NCBI GenBank assembly: GCA_046759165.1
Contig: JBHIBS010000001.1
Coordinates: 22,304-86,303 of the forward strand
Source: a bacterium
GTDB taxonomy: Bacteria > UBA6262 > WVXT01
Direction of reading: 5' to 3'
DNA: 64,000 nucleotides
Shown here: in pieces, positions 49,319 through 57,862 of the stretch
How the letters are laid out: each line of letters starts with the position of its first letter
Position numbering within the stretch: the stretch's first letter is position 1
Made by a program: the position numbers and the translations under genes
Notes under the pieces: model-generated
What the model was told of the DNA's origin: nothing
Database searches by the model: none
The model's input: the letters and a program-made list of their open reading frames with translations, nothing else

Positions 49319-49549
49319 CTAAAGCGCGGTAGAAATCAGTGTTTCCGTAGCCGAAACTCCATCGACTGCCCTAATTTTCTTAATCACCAATGAAGTCAGG
49401 GCATTTAAATCGCGAGCCTCGACAGTGGCTACAAGGTCCCACCGACCAAAGACAGCCTGAACTTTTTTGACGCCTTCTACATTTCTGATTTTAGCGAGAA
49501 CCGATTCCTCCTTTCCTGCATCCAACCTGAGTAGAACTAATCCTAACAT
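49319..49549 (-). CDS. Stand-alone Lrp/AsnC ligand-binding (RAM) domain protein
   Basis: 76 aa; L....GKE..V...I....GV......FG.WD.V...E......L......KIR...GV..T.TLI. Confidence 0.85.
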   Translation of the reverse strand: MLGLVLLRLDAGKEESVLAKIRNVEGVKKVQAVFGRWDLVATVEARDLNALTSLVIKKIRAVDGVSATETLISTAL

Positions 49550-49657
49550 TAACCATCACCCCCTGTTTACCACCCTAGGAGCAAAGCGCTGTCATTGCGA
49601 GTCGCGATTCAAAATCGTGATTTCAGTCGCCTGCAGTAACATAATTATATAGCAGAA

Positions 49658-49742
49658 GAAGAGCTTCGCCCTGCCACTACATTCAATCACTGATTTGAAG
49701 AATCAAACCCCTACATTGAGGCAAAGCTCACTCTCCCCCTAC
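49658..49742 (-). repeat. Composite REP array (B-like + A + B)
   Basis: GTAGGGGGAGAGTGAGCTTTGC, TGTAGGGGTTTGATTCTTCAAATC, TGTAGTGGCAGGGCGAAGCTCTTC. Confidence 0.65.
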
Positions 49743-49750
49743 TAATATTG

Positions 49751-49922
49751 AAAGATAGTTTGTTAAGAGCATCTGGAATTTTAGCCGAAAAACGAGGACG
49801 GCTCTTTCTCTTCTAAGAAAAAATTTGTTCGATCCCAATCCTTGCGGGAGTTTATTCTTTCGCCAGCAGAGTCCGAAGTTTTTTAGGTTTAGAAATTCCC
49901 CAGCGATGAACAGACTATCTTT
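49751..49922. mobile_element. MITE-like element (172 bp) with terminal inverted repeats
   Basis: aaagatagtttgtt ... aacagactatcttt (13/14 match), internal imperfect IR; partial copy at 7424-7473. Confidence 0.65.
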
Positions 49923-49937
49923 TAATTAGCATCCACT

Positions 49938-50960
49938 CTACGATTTCGTTTCTCGTAAAAGTTCTGCCATTACCTCCGAGGAGAGTGGCTCGATATAGAA
50001 ACCAGAACTCCAAGCGAAACCCTCAACCTTCACAATATGGGGAAGTATTTCTAAATGCCAGTGGTAATCCTTATGTATTGTCCTCCAGTAACCTGCCTTT
50101 GGCCGCATGTAAGGTATGGAATGGATCATATAGTTGAGCGGTGGATCATCCAGCAGTTTACAAATCTTGCTTAAAGTCACCTTGATGATAGCTGCAAAAT
50201 CGAAAAGTGTATTATCCTCTTCCTGAGTAAAAGTTGCATTATGGATTTTTGGGAGTATCCAGGTTTCAAAAGGAAGACGTGGAGCAAATGGCACATAGGA
50301 GATGAAAGATTTGTTCTCCTCAACTATTCTCAGACCCGAATCCAACTCCTCTCTAACCACATCACAGAAAACACAACGGTCCTTCTCTTCGTAGTAACTT
50401 TTGGCATTTTCCAATTCGTCTTTTACGCTCTGGGGAGTAAGGGGCAGGGCAACCAACTGGGAGTGAGTGTGTCCCAATCGGAAGGGAGAACTTGGTCTTT
50501 GATTCTTGAAAACTATAGCGTATCTGAAACGCTTATCGCCTTTCAAATCGATAATTCTTCTCTGATAAACCATAAGGGCTTTCTTTATCTGTTCAGCAGG
50601 CAAATCGCTTAAGTTCTTAATGTGTTCAGGACTTTCGATTATTAACTCGTGTGCTCCCACGTTATTCATCGCATCATATACGCCCACACCACGTCTCTCC
50701 AGCCCCTTCTCTACTTCAAGTGCCTTCTCTTTGCTGGGAAAGACTCTCACACTCCAACCCGGTTCATCCGGTAGAGTACCAGGTTTTCTCAAAGCATAGA
50801 TTTCTTTAGGTGTCTCCTTCTCATTTCCCGGGCAGAAAGGACAAGGCCTCTCTTTGACCCTTACTCGGGGCTCCAAAGATTCGAAAAATTCCTCTTTTTC
50901 CTTAGTGTTTGTAATGATCCAGCATCCTGAAATTATATCTTTTCTCAATTCAGCGCACAT
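49938..50960 (-). CDS. GalT-like HIT-superfamily nucleotidyltransferase, divergent (copy 1)
   Basis: ELRKD..SG.W, CPFC, GAHE.IIE, HTHSQ, CVFCD, ETWILP..H, YHWH.EI. Confidence 0.85.
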   Translation of the reverse strand: MCAELRKDIISGCWIITNTKEKEEFFESLEPRVRVKERPCPFCPGNEKETPKEIYALRKPGTLPDEPGWSVRVFPSKEKALEVEKGLERRGVGVYDAMNNVGAHELIIESPEHIKNLSDLPAEQIKKALMVYQRRIIDLKGDKRFRYAIVFKNQRPSSPFRLGHTHSQLVALPLTPQSVKDELENAKSYYEEKDRCVFCDVVREELDSGLRIVEENKSFISYVPFAPRLPFETWILPKIHNATFTQEEDNTLFDFAAIIKVTLSKICKLLDDPPLNYMIHSIPYMRPKAGYWRTIHKDYHWHLEILPHIVKVEGFAWSSGFYIEPLSSEVMAELLRETKS

Positions 50961-52735
50961 CTTTTTCTCTCTAAAGTCTTAATTAGTTCTTTGTACGAAA
51001 GAGTGTTCAATAGATCTCTTCTTTCAAGCCAGCCTCTCCGAGCAACTGCAACTCCCAAGTAGAGATTCTCTATCTGATTCAGGGTGTGAGCATCTGTTCC
51101 GATTCCGATAAGGATACCCAGCTCTTTTGCCTTCCTGCAATAGATATCATATAGATCAAGCCTTTCGGGATAGGCATTGATCTCTAAGAAAGTCTGTGTT
51201 TTCTTAGCAGTCTTTAAAACCTTCTCCATATTTAGTGCATACGGTTCCCTCTTCCCCAACAGCCGGCCTTGCGGATGGGCAATCATATGGATATATCTGT
51301 TCTCCATTGCAGAAATTATCCTTTCCGTTAGCTGCTCCTCCGACTGTTTGAATCCGGTGTGAATGGCAGCAATAACCAGATCGAGTTGAGATAGGAGCTT
51401 ATCGTCATAATCTAAGGATCCATCCGAGAAGATATCGACTTCCATACCGCAGAGAACTTTAAAGTACTTGCTTTTCTTATTAAATTTTTTTGTCTCTTCG
51501 ATCTTCTCGTAGACTACATCGGGGGCAAGACCTCCCGCAACTTTTAGTGATTGGGAATGGTCACAAATTCCCACCCACTCCAGCCCTATGCCTTTTGCCT
51601 TTTCTGCAATTTCTGAGAGTTTGCTTGCCCCATCGCTATAACGGGAATGAACGTGCAGGTCACCCCTTATATCCTTCCCTTTAATAAGTCGAGGAATCCT
51701 ACTTCCTAAAGCCAACTCAATTTCTCCCGAGGCCTCTCTTATCTCTGCTGGAATATACTGAAGTCCCAATTTCTTATAGACCTCTTCCTCGGTCCTACCG
51801 GCAACCCTTGTTTCTCTCACCGATGCTGCCGCACCAGCTCCCTTCCCCCGACTGGACACTCCACCCGACCTCTTTCCTAACTTAAAGAGACCATATTCGT
51901 TTATCTTATACCCCTTTTTTCGAGCCAATTCGCGAAGAGCAATATTATGGTCTTTAGAACCAGTAAAATACATCAAGGCAGCTCCATAAGATTCTGGCTT
52001 AATCACCCTTAGATCAACCTGTATGTCCTCCTCGAGAATTACGCTCGATTTCGTCTCCCCCTGAGCCAGTATTTCCTTCACCTGAGGAAGACTCACAAAC
52101 TTTCTCATTACTACATCAGACTTCTTTGCCGTACATAAAATATCTATATCTTTGATGGTCTCCTTTTTTCTCCGAATGCTACCAGCCAGATCTATATCTT
52201 TAATGCCAGGACACTTTTTCAATTCCTCTATGACTGGCCTTGCCAAAAATAGTGCTGAGGACAGAAGAATCCTCTCGCCGCCTTTTCTCATCATTTGAAT
52301 GCCTCGTAGGATATTCTCCTGGGCCTTCTCACCCAAACGGCGAAGCTCGCTCAAACGGTGCTCTTTAGCCGCTTTTTCAAGTTGGGCAAGGCTCTTTATT
52401 CCTAACTCATCATATAGAGTTTTTGCTGTTTTGGGCCCTATCCCTGGAACAGAGAGCATTTCTAGAACTCCTTCAGGAAAACCCTTTTTTAAATCGTCAA
52501 AATATTTTAATTTACCTGTTTCCAAATATTCCTTAATCTTCTTTGCTATCCCCTCTCCTATACCAGGAATGGTTTCCAGCCTATCTTGATTTAGAAATTT
52601 TTCAATCGGGGCAGTGAGACTAGCAATATTTTGAGCTGCTTTCTCATAGGACCGTACTCTGAAAGGGTTCTCCCCTTTCAATTCTAAGAGCTGTCCGATT
52701 TCCTGGAGCAATTTGACCACTTCTCTATTTTTCAT
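50945..52735 (-). CDS. polX: DNA polymerase X with PHP domain
   Basis: GENPFR..SY, HhH motifs, AGSIRR..ETI.DID, VDLR, YFTGSK.HN, NEYG; PHP DLHVHS..SDG, DHS, GTDAH. Confidence 0.97.
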   Translation of the reverse strand: MKNREVVKLLQEIGQLLELKGENPFRVRSYEKAAQNIASLTAPIEKFLNQDRLETIPGIGEGIAKKIKEYLETGKLKYFDDLKKGFPEGVLEMLSVPGIGPKTAKTLYDELGIKSLAQLEKAAKEHRLSELRRLGEKAQENILRGIQMMRKGGERILLSSALFLARPVIEELKKCPGIKDIDLAGSIRRKKETIKDIDILCTAKKSDVVMRKFVSLPQVKEILAQGETKSSVILEEDIQVDLRVIKPESYGAALMYFTGSKDHNIALRELARKKGYKINEYGLFKLGKRSGGVSSRGKGAGAAASVRETRVAGRTEEEVYKKLGLQYIPAEIREASGEIELALGSRIPRLIKGKDIRGDLHVHSRYSDGASKLSEIAEKAKGIGLEWVGICDHSQSLKVAGGLAPDVVYEKIEETKKFNKKSKYFKVLCGMEVDIFSDGSLDYDDKLLSQLDLVIAAIHTGFKQSEEQLTERIISAMENRYIHMIAHPQGRLLGKREPYALNMEKVLKTAKKTQTFLEINAYPERLDLYDIYCRKAKELGILIGIGTDAHTLNQIENLYLGVAVARRGWLERRDLLNTLSYKELIKTLERKRCALN

Positions 52736-52742
52736 TTCCCAT

Positions 52743-53777
52743 TTACTCCCCTTCCACCTCCCTCAAGAACCTCGCCGCTGCCTCTGGAACGGGTGGATTA
52801 ATATAGAAATCGCCGCCCCACTCGAAGCCCCTAGCGGGCATAGCATGGGGCAGAATCTCAATGTGCCAGTGGTAGTCCTCTTTAATAGTTAACCAGAATC
52901 CTGCCTCAGGAACCATGAAGGGAGCAGTATGAAGAACAAAATTCAAAGGAGGATCTTTCAATAACTTGACGGTTTTCATAATAGTCGATTTCAATTCTCC
53001 TGCCAACTCCCAGAGATCCTCTTCAGACACATTTGTAAAATCGCATTCGTGCTTTCTGGGAAGAATTTGGGTTTCAAATGGAAAGCGGGAGGCAAAAGGA
53101 GCCAAAATGATAAATTTATCTCCAGCACTAACGATCCTCTCACGAGAATATAATTCTTGTTTAGTTATGTCACAGAAGATACACCTTTCTTTCTCTTCAT
53201 AGTAACTTTTAGCTGAAGATAATTCGTCCTTAATGCTTTTGGGAATCACGGGCAGAGCGATTATCTGGGAATGGACATGTAGCATAGAAATCTCTTTACT
53301 ATAACCCTGATTACGGAAGACGAGACCATATTTCAGAAGGGAATTCTTTTTCAACTCCCTCAACCTCATCTGATAAACCAGGAGAACTTTCTGTACCTGC
53401 TCAAGGGGAAGGGCCGAAATATGTGTTATGTGAAGAGGAGATTCAATTACAATCTCATGGGCCCCGTATCCATTCATCGTATCAAAAAAGAAGAAGTCAC
53501 CCACCCCTTTCCTTTCCAGCTCCTCATTGAGCCCCACCACTCCAAATCTACTGGGAATTACACGCACCTTCCATCCTGGAGTATCGGGCTTACTCTCCTC
53601 CTTACGGAGAGCAAAGAGTTCTGGCGGAGTTTCCAGTTCTCTCCCTTCGCAAAAAGGACAGTCTCCCTCCCTCTCTTCTTTGCGGACAGTGATGAAACCA
53701 AATGGTGTGTCCACATCCTTCCTCGTAGCAGTAATCATCCATCTTCCAGAGATGGGATCTTTCCTCAGTTTTGACAT
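52743..53777 (-). CDS. GalT-like HIT-superfamily nucleotidyltransferase, divergent (copy 2)
   Basis: LRKDPISGRW, CPFC, GAHE..IE, HVHSQ, CIFCD, YHWH.EI, GFEWG..FYINP..PE.AA..LR. Confidence 0.87.
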   Translation of the reverse strand: MSKLRKDPISGRWMITATRKDVDTPFGFITVRKEEREGDCPFCEGRELETPPELFALRKEESKPDTPGWKVRVIPSRFGVVGLNEELERKGVGDFFFFDTMNGYGAHEIVIESPLHITHISALPLEQVQKVLLVYQMRLRELKKNSLLKYGLVFRNQGYSKEISMLHVHSQIIALPVIPKSIKDELSSAKSYYEEKERCIFCDITKQELYSRERIVSAGDKFIILAPFASRFPFETQILPRKHECDFTNVSEEDLWELAGELKSTIMKTVKLLKDPPLNFVLHTAPFMVPEAGFWLTIKEDYHWHIEILPHAMPARGFEWGGDFYINPPVPEAAARFLREVEGE

Positions 53778-53809
53778 ACTTTCCTCCCTCTTGTAAATCA
53801 GCCTGTGCT
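53778..53809 (-). repeat. Duplicated 5' leader/RBS (copy before galT-like 2)
   Basis: AGCACAGGCTGATTTACAAGAGGGAGGAAAGT-ATG. Confidence 0.75.
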
Positions 53810-53818
53810 ATTTGTTCT

Positions 53819-54622
53819 CTACTTCACGATAATGCCTGCGTATCCCACAACCGCGGAGTAATCCCCTGAGGCTTCTGCACTGGTATTGTACAATACCAGT
53901 TCACTCTTCTTTGCTCCCAGCTCTTTACAGGCAAAAATCATTGTAGCCGTTGGTGCTGGGCCGCACATCGAAATATCTTTCTCTATTACTGTTTTCAGTA
54001 AACCTTCTGGATCGAGTTTTAAGATTTTATCAATTGCCAACTTGTCTTTTCTTTCAGCATCTTTTTGGGACTCATAATGGGTCATATCCGACGAAGCAAC
54101 AATTAGACAAGGAGCTTTGGATTCAACTACCTTGGCTATCGCCTTACCCAATTCTCTACAGCTGGAGACTCGATTGTCTCGCATACAGATGGGGACGATG
54201 GTGAAACCAGCCTTGAAATACTGAATAAATGGGAGCTGGACCTCCAGCGAGTGCTCGTGTAGATGAGCCTCTTCATCCTGCCGGGCTAAATCACCAGCTT
54301 CTGAGAGTAACTCTTTTGCCAAGGAAGAATTTATTTCTACTCTGCCATTTGGCATTTCCCACTCGCCGTCTGCCATTATAGCAACCTCTGCACCAATACC
54401 AGTATGGTTGGGCCCAATAATGATGATAGTATCGGGTAAGTTAATCTTAGAATAGACTGCTCCAGCCACTTTTCCTGAATAGAAATAACCTGCGTGGGGA
54501 ACCACTATTCCCAAAACGTCCTCTCTCTCAATATCTCTCCTGAGATATTTCTCAACCTGTTCTCTTAGTGCTTCTGGGTCTCTCATATAGAACCTACCTG
54601 CTTGCGCTGGTTTTCTGATCAT
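53819..54622 (-). CDS. AmmeMemoRadiSam protein B / MEMO1 family
   Basis: R.PA.AG.FY, PHAGY.YSG, GPNH, EHS.EVQLPF, ASSD.THY, SMCG, VVGY. Confidence 0.93.
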   Translation of the reverse strand: MIRKPAQAGRFYMRDPEALREQVEKYLRRDIEREDVLGIVVPHAGYFYSGKVAGAVYSKINLPDTIIIIGPNHTGIGAEVAIMADGEWEMPNGRVEINSSLAKELLSEAGDLARQDEEAHLHEHSLEVQLPFIQYFKAGFTIVPICMRDNRVSSCRELGKAIAKVVESKAPCLIVASSDMTHYESQKDAERKDKLAIDKILKLDPEGLLKTVIEKDISMCGPAPTATMIFACKELGAKKSELVLYNTSAEASGDYSAVVGYAGIIVK

Positions 54623-54653
54623 ACTTTCCCCCTTATGTGAATCAGCCTGTGCT
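54623..54653 (-). repeat. Duplicated 5' leader/RBS (copy before MEMO gene)
   Basis: AGCACAGGCTGATTCACATAAGGGGGAAAGT-ATG. Confidence 0.75.
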
Positions 54654-54658
54654 CAATA

Positions 54659-54790
54659 GGGGAAACCTCACTTCCCCCGGGGCACTCACCATCTCGCGCC
54701 CGCGCCTTTCCCTTTCTTCGTTCGGTCGTCGCTCCTTATTCGTCGCGACCGGCGCCCCTGATTGCGTTCGCTTCGCTCACTGTCACCATT
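54659..54790. repeat. GC-rich multi-hairpin intergenic element
   Basis: Minus strand: GAGCGAAGCGAACG, GGGGC...GCCCC enclosing GGTCG..CGACC, then GGGGAA..TTCCCC. Confidence 0.5.
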
Positions 54791-54813
54791 TCCACAGAAG
54801 ATTATATTTTTAG

Positions 54814-55548
54814 CTAGTCTATTATGTTCCCTTTTTGGGACTTACTAGTCAAAGCTTGCACTGTCTCTAAATGTGCCAACCTTAAAGGTTCGGGAATCTT
54901 TTCCCTCCTGCAACAAGTCAGGATAATATCCAATGCCTGATCCAGGGCGATCCTGTACCCCTGAGAAACGAATACGGGCTTGACATTTCTCTTAGTGCGG
55001 AGAGCCACCCCTATCAGCTCTCCCCTCTCGTCTTTCAAAAAAGTATGAGCTCCTTTCAAATTTACAGGCTCCTCGTAATGGCCGTATAGAATTGATTTGC
55101 CACAGCCAATTGTGGCGAGCCCCAGCAAAAGACCCATGTGACTGGCCAGACCAAACCTCACAGGATGCGCAATTCCCTGACCATCGAAAATGACTATATC
55201 AGGAGATCTTTCCAATCTTTTTAAGGCAGCTATTAGAACAGGACCCTCGCGAAAGGTGAGCAACCCGGGAAGGTAAGGAAATATTCTCTCAGAGGCTTGC
55301 ATAACTCCCCTTTTTTCCACCAGTTCCAGCTCAGGGAAAGTAAGCAAAACTACACTACCATAAACCTTTCTCCTTTTCTCATCATAGCCAACGTCACAAC
55401 CGGCGATAAAGCGTATTTGACTTATGGACCTAAATGGACTTCTTAATACAACTTTATCTCTTAACTTCTGCTGGATTTTTCTGGCCTTCTCAGGAGATAC
55501 TTGCCAGGAATGAAGACTCTTAACTTTCATCTGTTTTAAATTTAGCAA
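54814..55548 (-). CDS. nfi: Endonuclease V
   Basis: AGCDV.Y, FPYLPGLL.FRE, DGQG.AHP..FGLASH, P.FVS.G, PEPLR.AH. Confidence 0.95.
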   Translation of the reverse strand: MLNLKQMKVKSLHSWQVSPEKARKIQQKLRDKVVLRSPFRSISQIRFIAGCDVGYDEKRRKVYGSVVLLTFPELELVEKRGVMQASERIFPYLPGLLTFREGPVLIAALKRLERSPDIVIFDGQGIAHPVRFGLASHMGLLLGLATIGCGKSILYGHYEEPVNLKGAHTFLKDERGELIGVALRTKRNVKPVFVSQGYRIALDQALDIILTCCRREKIPEPLRLAHLETVQALTSKSQKGNIID

Positions 55549-55576
55549 ATTTTATCCCTGCATTGCAAATAAAAAT

Positions 55577-56488
55577 TTATTGCCAAAAGTCCTGTCTCCA
55601 GCCTCTTTCCAGCCCCAATTCATCCGCCATCTTCAACACTGCATCATATTCTCTTTTAGAGATCCTTCTTGATAGTTCTGGAAATTCAAAAGCTAGGTGG
55701 GCAGGGTGGTACTGAGCCATAATGCTCATATAAGTATTTTTGGAAATATTCTTGGCAATGAACTCTAAGACGCTTCGAGAACCAGCTATGTCTTCCGGCA
55801 TAACTAAGTGGCGAATAAGGAGTCCCCACTTCGCAATCCCGTCTCTATCCATTTTCAGGTCACCTACTTGACGATGCATTTCCAGAAGCGCCTTCCTATT
55901 GACTTCAAAATAGTCGGCTGCCCTGGAGTATGTCCGGGCACTTTCGGGATTAGAATACTTGGCATCAGGCATATAAATATCCACTATACCCTCCAGAAGT
56001 TCGAGAGTCTCCACGGAATCGTACCCTCCCGAGTTGTATACAAGAGGAATCTTTAAGCCCTCTCTTACTGCAAGGTCTAAGGCCTCAACGATTTGGGGAA
56101 CAAAATGCGTAGGGGTAACAAAATTTATGTTGTGTGCTCCGAGCTTTTGTAACTTTACCATCATTGTAGCCAGCTCGGAAATCTCCACTTCCTGGCCGTT
56201 TCCCAGCTGGCTGATAGGATAATTCTGGCAGAAACAACAGCGAAGGTTACACTGAGTAAAGAAGATGGTGCCCGAACCACGATAACCCGAAATTGGCGGC
56301 TCTTCACCGAAATGGAGGTTATAACTAGAAACAACTACTCTTGTGCCCGCTCCGCAAAAACCTTTCTCATCTTGCACCCGATTTACCAGGCATTTCCTGG
56401 GACAGAGGTGACACCTCTCAAGTAATTTATTAAGCTCTTCCTTTCTCTTTTTTAAGATACCTCTCTCATAAAGTTCAACGTAACTCAT
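55577..56488 (-). CDS. PflX-like radical SAM protein
   Basis: C.LCPR.C...R.....GFC, H.GEE..ISG..GSGTIFF..CNL.C.FCQN, NIN.VTP, Y.PD.KY, IRHLV.P. Confidence 0.9.
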   Translation of the reverse strand: MSYVELYERGILKKRKEELNKLLERCHLCPRKCLVNRVQDEKGFCGAGTRVVVSSYNLHFGEEPPISGYRGSGTIFFTQCNLRCCFCQNYPISQLGNGQEVEISELATMMVKLQKLGAHNINFVTPTHFVPQIVEALDLAVREGLKIPLVYNSGGYDSVETLELLEGIVDIYMPDAKYSNPESARTYSRAADYFEVNRKALLEMHRQVGDLKMDRDGIAKWGLLIRHLVMPEDIAGSRSVLEFIAKNISKNTYMSIMAQYHPAHLAFEFPELSRRISKREYDAVLKMADELGLERGWRQDFWQ

Positions 56489-56951
56489 CCGATTCTGTCT
56501 TTTCCATTTCCAACTTTTTTCTTATTTCTTTCTCAATTTCGAGTTCGATTTCTGGCTCCTTCTCCTCTCTTATTCCTTGTTCCCCCCTTCCCTCCACTTC
56601 GGATAAGAGTTTATGGGTCTCCTTACCAAGAGTGTCCATTTCAATTCCATAACTTTTGGCAATCTCTTCCCAGCTCATTCCTTCTTCCCTCAGGATACTA
56701 ATCTCATCGGGTCTCTTACCTGTGGCAGTCGCCACAATCAGAAGCTTAATAACCTCTTCTGTCCCATAACCTCTCCCTTCCAAACCCAGAACGATGCTCT
56801 CTTCAATGTGAAACTGACGAGCAATTCTCTCCTGAACCGTCTTTGGTTCTGGAGGGGGTTTTCTTCCCCATCCACTAAGGGAAGTAGGAAAAAGTATAGC
56901 TGTCAGAAAAATCCACAAAAAAAGAATCAATTTGAGCTCTTCTTTTTTCAT
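56475..56951 (-). CDS. Hypothetical exported protein
   Basis: Signal-peptide-like N-terminus, GMSWEEIAKSYGI motif, acidic tail; overlaps start of the radical SAM gene. Confidence 0.7.
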   Translation of the reverse strand: MKKEELKLILFLWIFLTAILFPTSLSGWGRKPPPEPKTVQERIARQFHIEESIVLGLEGRGYGTEEVIKLLIVATATGKRPDEISILREEGMSWEEIAKSYGIEMDTLGKETHKLLSEVEGRGEQGIREEKEPEIELEIEKEIRKKLEMEKTESDELR

Positions 56952-57038
56952 ATATCCTCCTGACTATATCGTTTCCTATCGAGCAGCATCTATGGCCCTA
57001 TCCTTTGGTCAGGCCTTCTTCAAGGCTCGGATAATTCT

Positions 57039-57845
57039 CTATTTCTGGCACCTCGGGCAAAAATTAGTTCCCCTGCCAGCAAGTTTAATAAACTTCAATT
57101 GGGTCTTACATTTAACACAGGGCTCACCTCTCCGCCCATAGACTCGGAGGCGAGAATGGAAACTGCCTCTTCTTCCTTCTGCATCAACATAACTACTTAA
57201 GGATGATCCCCTGTAATCTATAGCTTCCCATAAGACCTTCTTTATTTCAGAAAATAGTGACCTCACCTCATCCGGCTTCAGCCGGTGAGCTTGCCTTTCT
57301 GGATGAATTCCTGCCTTGAACAGCGCCTCTTGAGCATAAACATTTCCTATGCCAGCCAAGAACTCCTGAGCCATCAATAGAGCTTTGATCTTAGCTTTCT
57401 TTTTACTTAACATTTCACCAAAAACTTTGAGCGTAAAATTCTCCTCCAGAGGCTCCATCCCAATCTTGGCAATGCCTGGAGCTTTCTCCCAGTTTTCTAC
57501 CAATCTGATTTCTCCTAGATGCCTCCTGTCATTAAGGTTCAAATGTTTGCCATCTGACAGGAGAAAGGATACCCTGTTCTTTGCATCCCTCTTTCCGTAA
57601 ATCAGTTGCCCGGCCATTCTGAGATGTACTACTATCTTCTTCCCGGAGGATAATACTAAAATTAAGTACTTGCCTCGACGAATAACGTCTTTAAAAATTT
57701 TCCCTTCTACTTCTTCCTTAAATCCCTTCGGGGAAGGTTCTTTCACCATCTTAGCTGTGTTTATTTCCACTCTTTTCACTTTCTTTCCCAAAATTCTTTT
57801 TTCCAGCCCTCTTCTTATTGTTTCTACTTCTGGCAATTCAGGCAT
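57039..57845 (-). CDS. mutM: Formamidopyrimidine-DNA glycosylase
   Basis: MPELPEVE, RRGKY, HLRM.G, GIGN.Y..E, C-terminal zinc finger GRGT.FCP.CQ. Confidence 0.97.
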   Translation of the reverse strand: MPELPEVETIRRGLEKRILGKKVKRVEINTAKMVKEPSPKGFKEEVEGKIFKDVIRRGKYLILVLSSGKKIVVHLRMAGQLIYGKRDAKNRVSFLLSDGKHLNLNDRRHLGEIRLVENWEKAPGIAKIGMEPLEENFTLKVFGEMLSKKKAKIKALLMAQEFLAGIGNVYAQEALFKAGIHPERQAHRLKPDEVRSLFSEIKKVLWEAIDYRGSSLSSYVDAEGRRGSFHSRLRVYGRRGEPCVKCKTQLKFIKLAGRGTNFCPRCQK

Positions 57846-57862
57846 TTCTGTCCTCATAAGGT

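Noticed and set aside
34166-49742. Repeats considered as a CRISPR array
   Set aside because: Copies are dispersed and degenerate with no regular repeat-spacer period; no cas genes.
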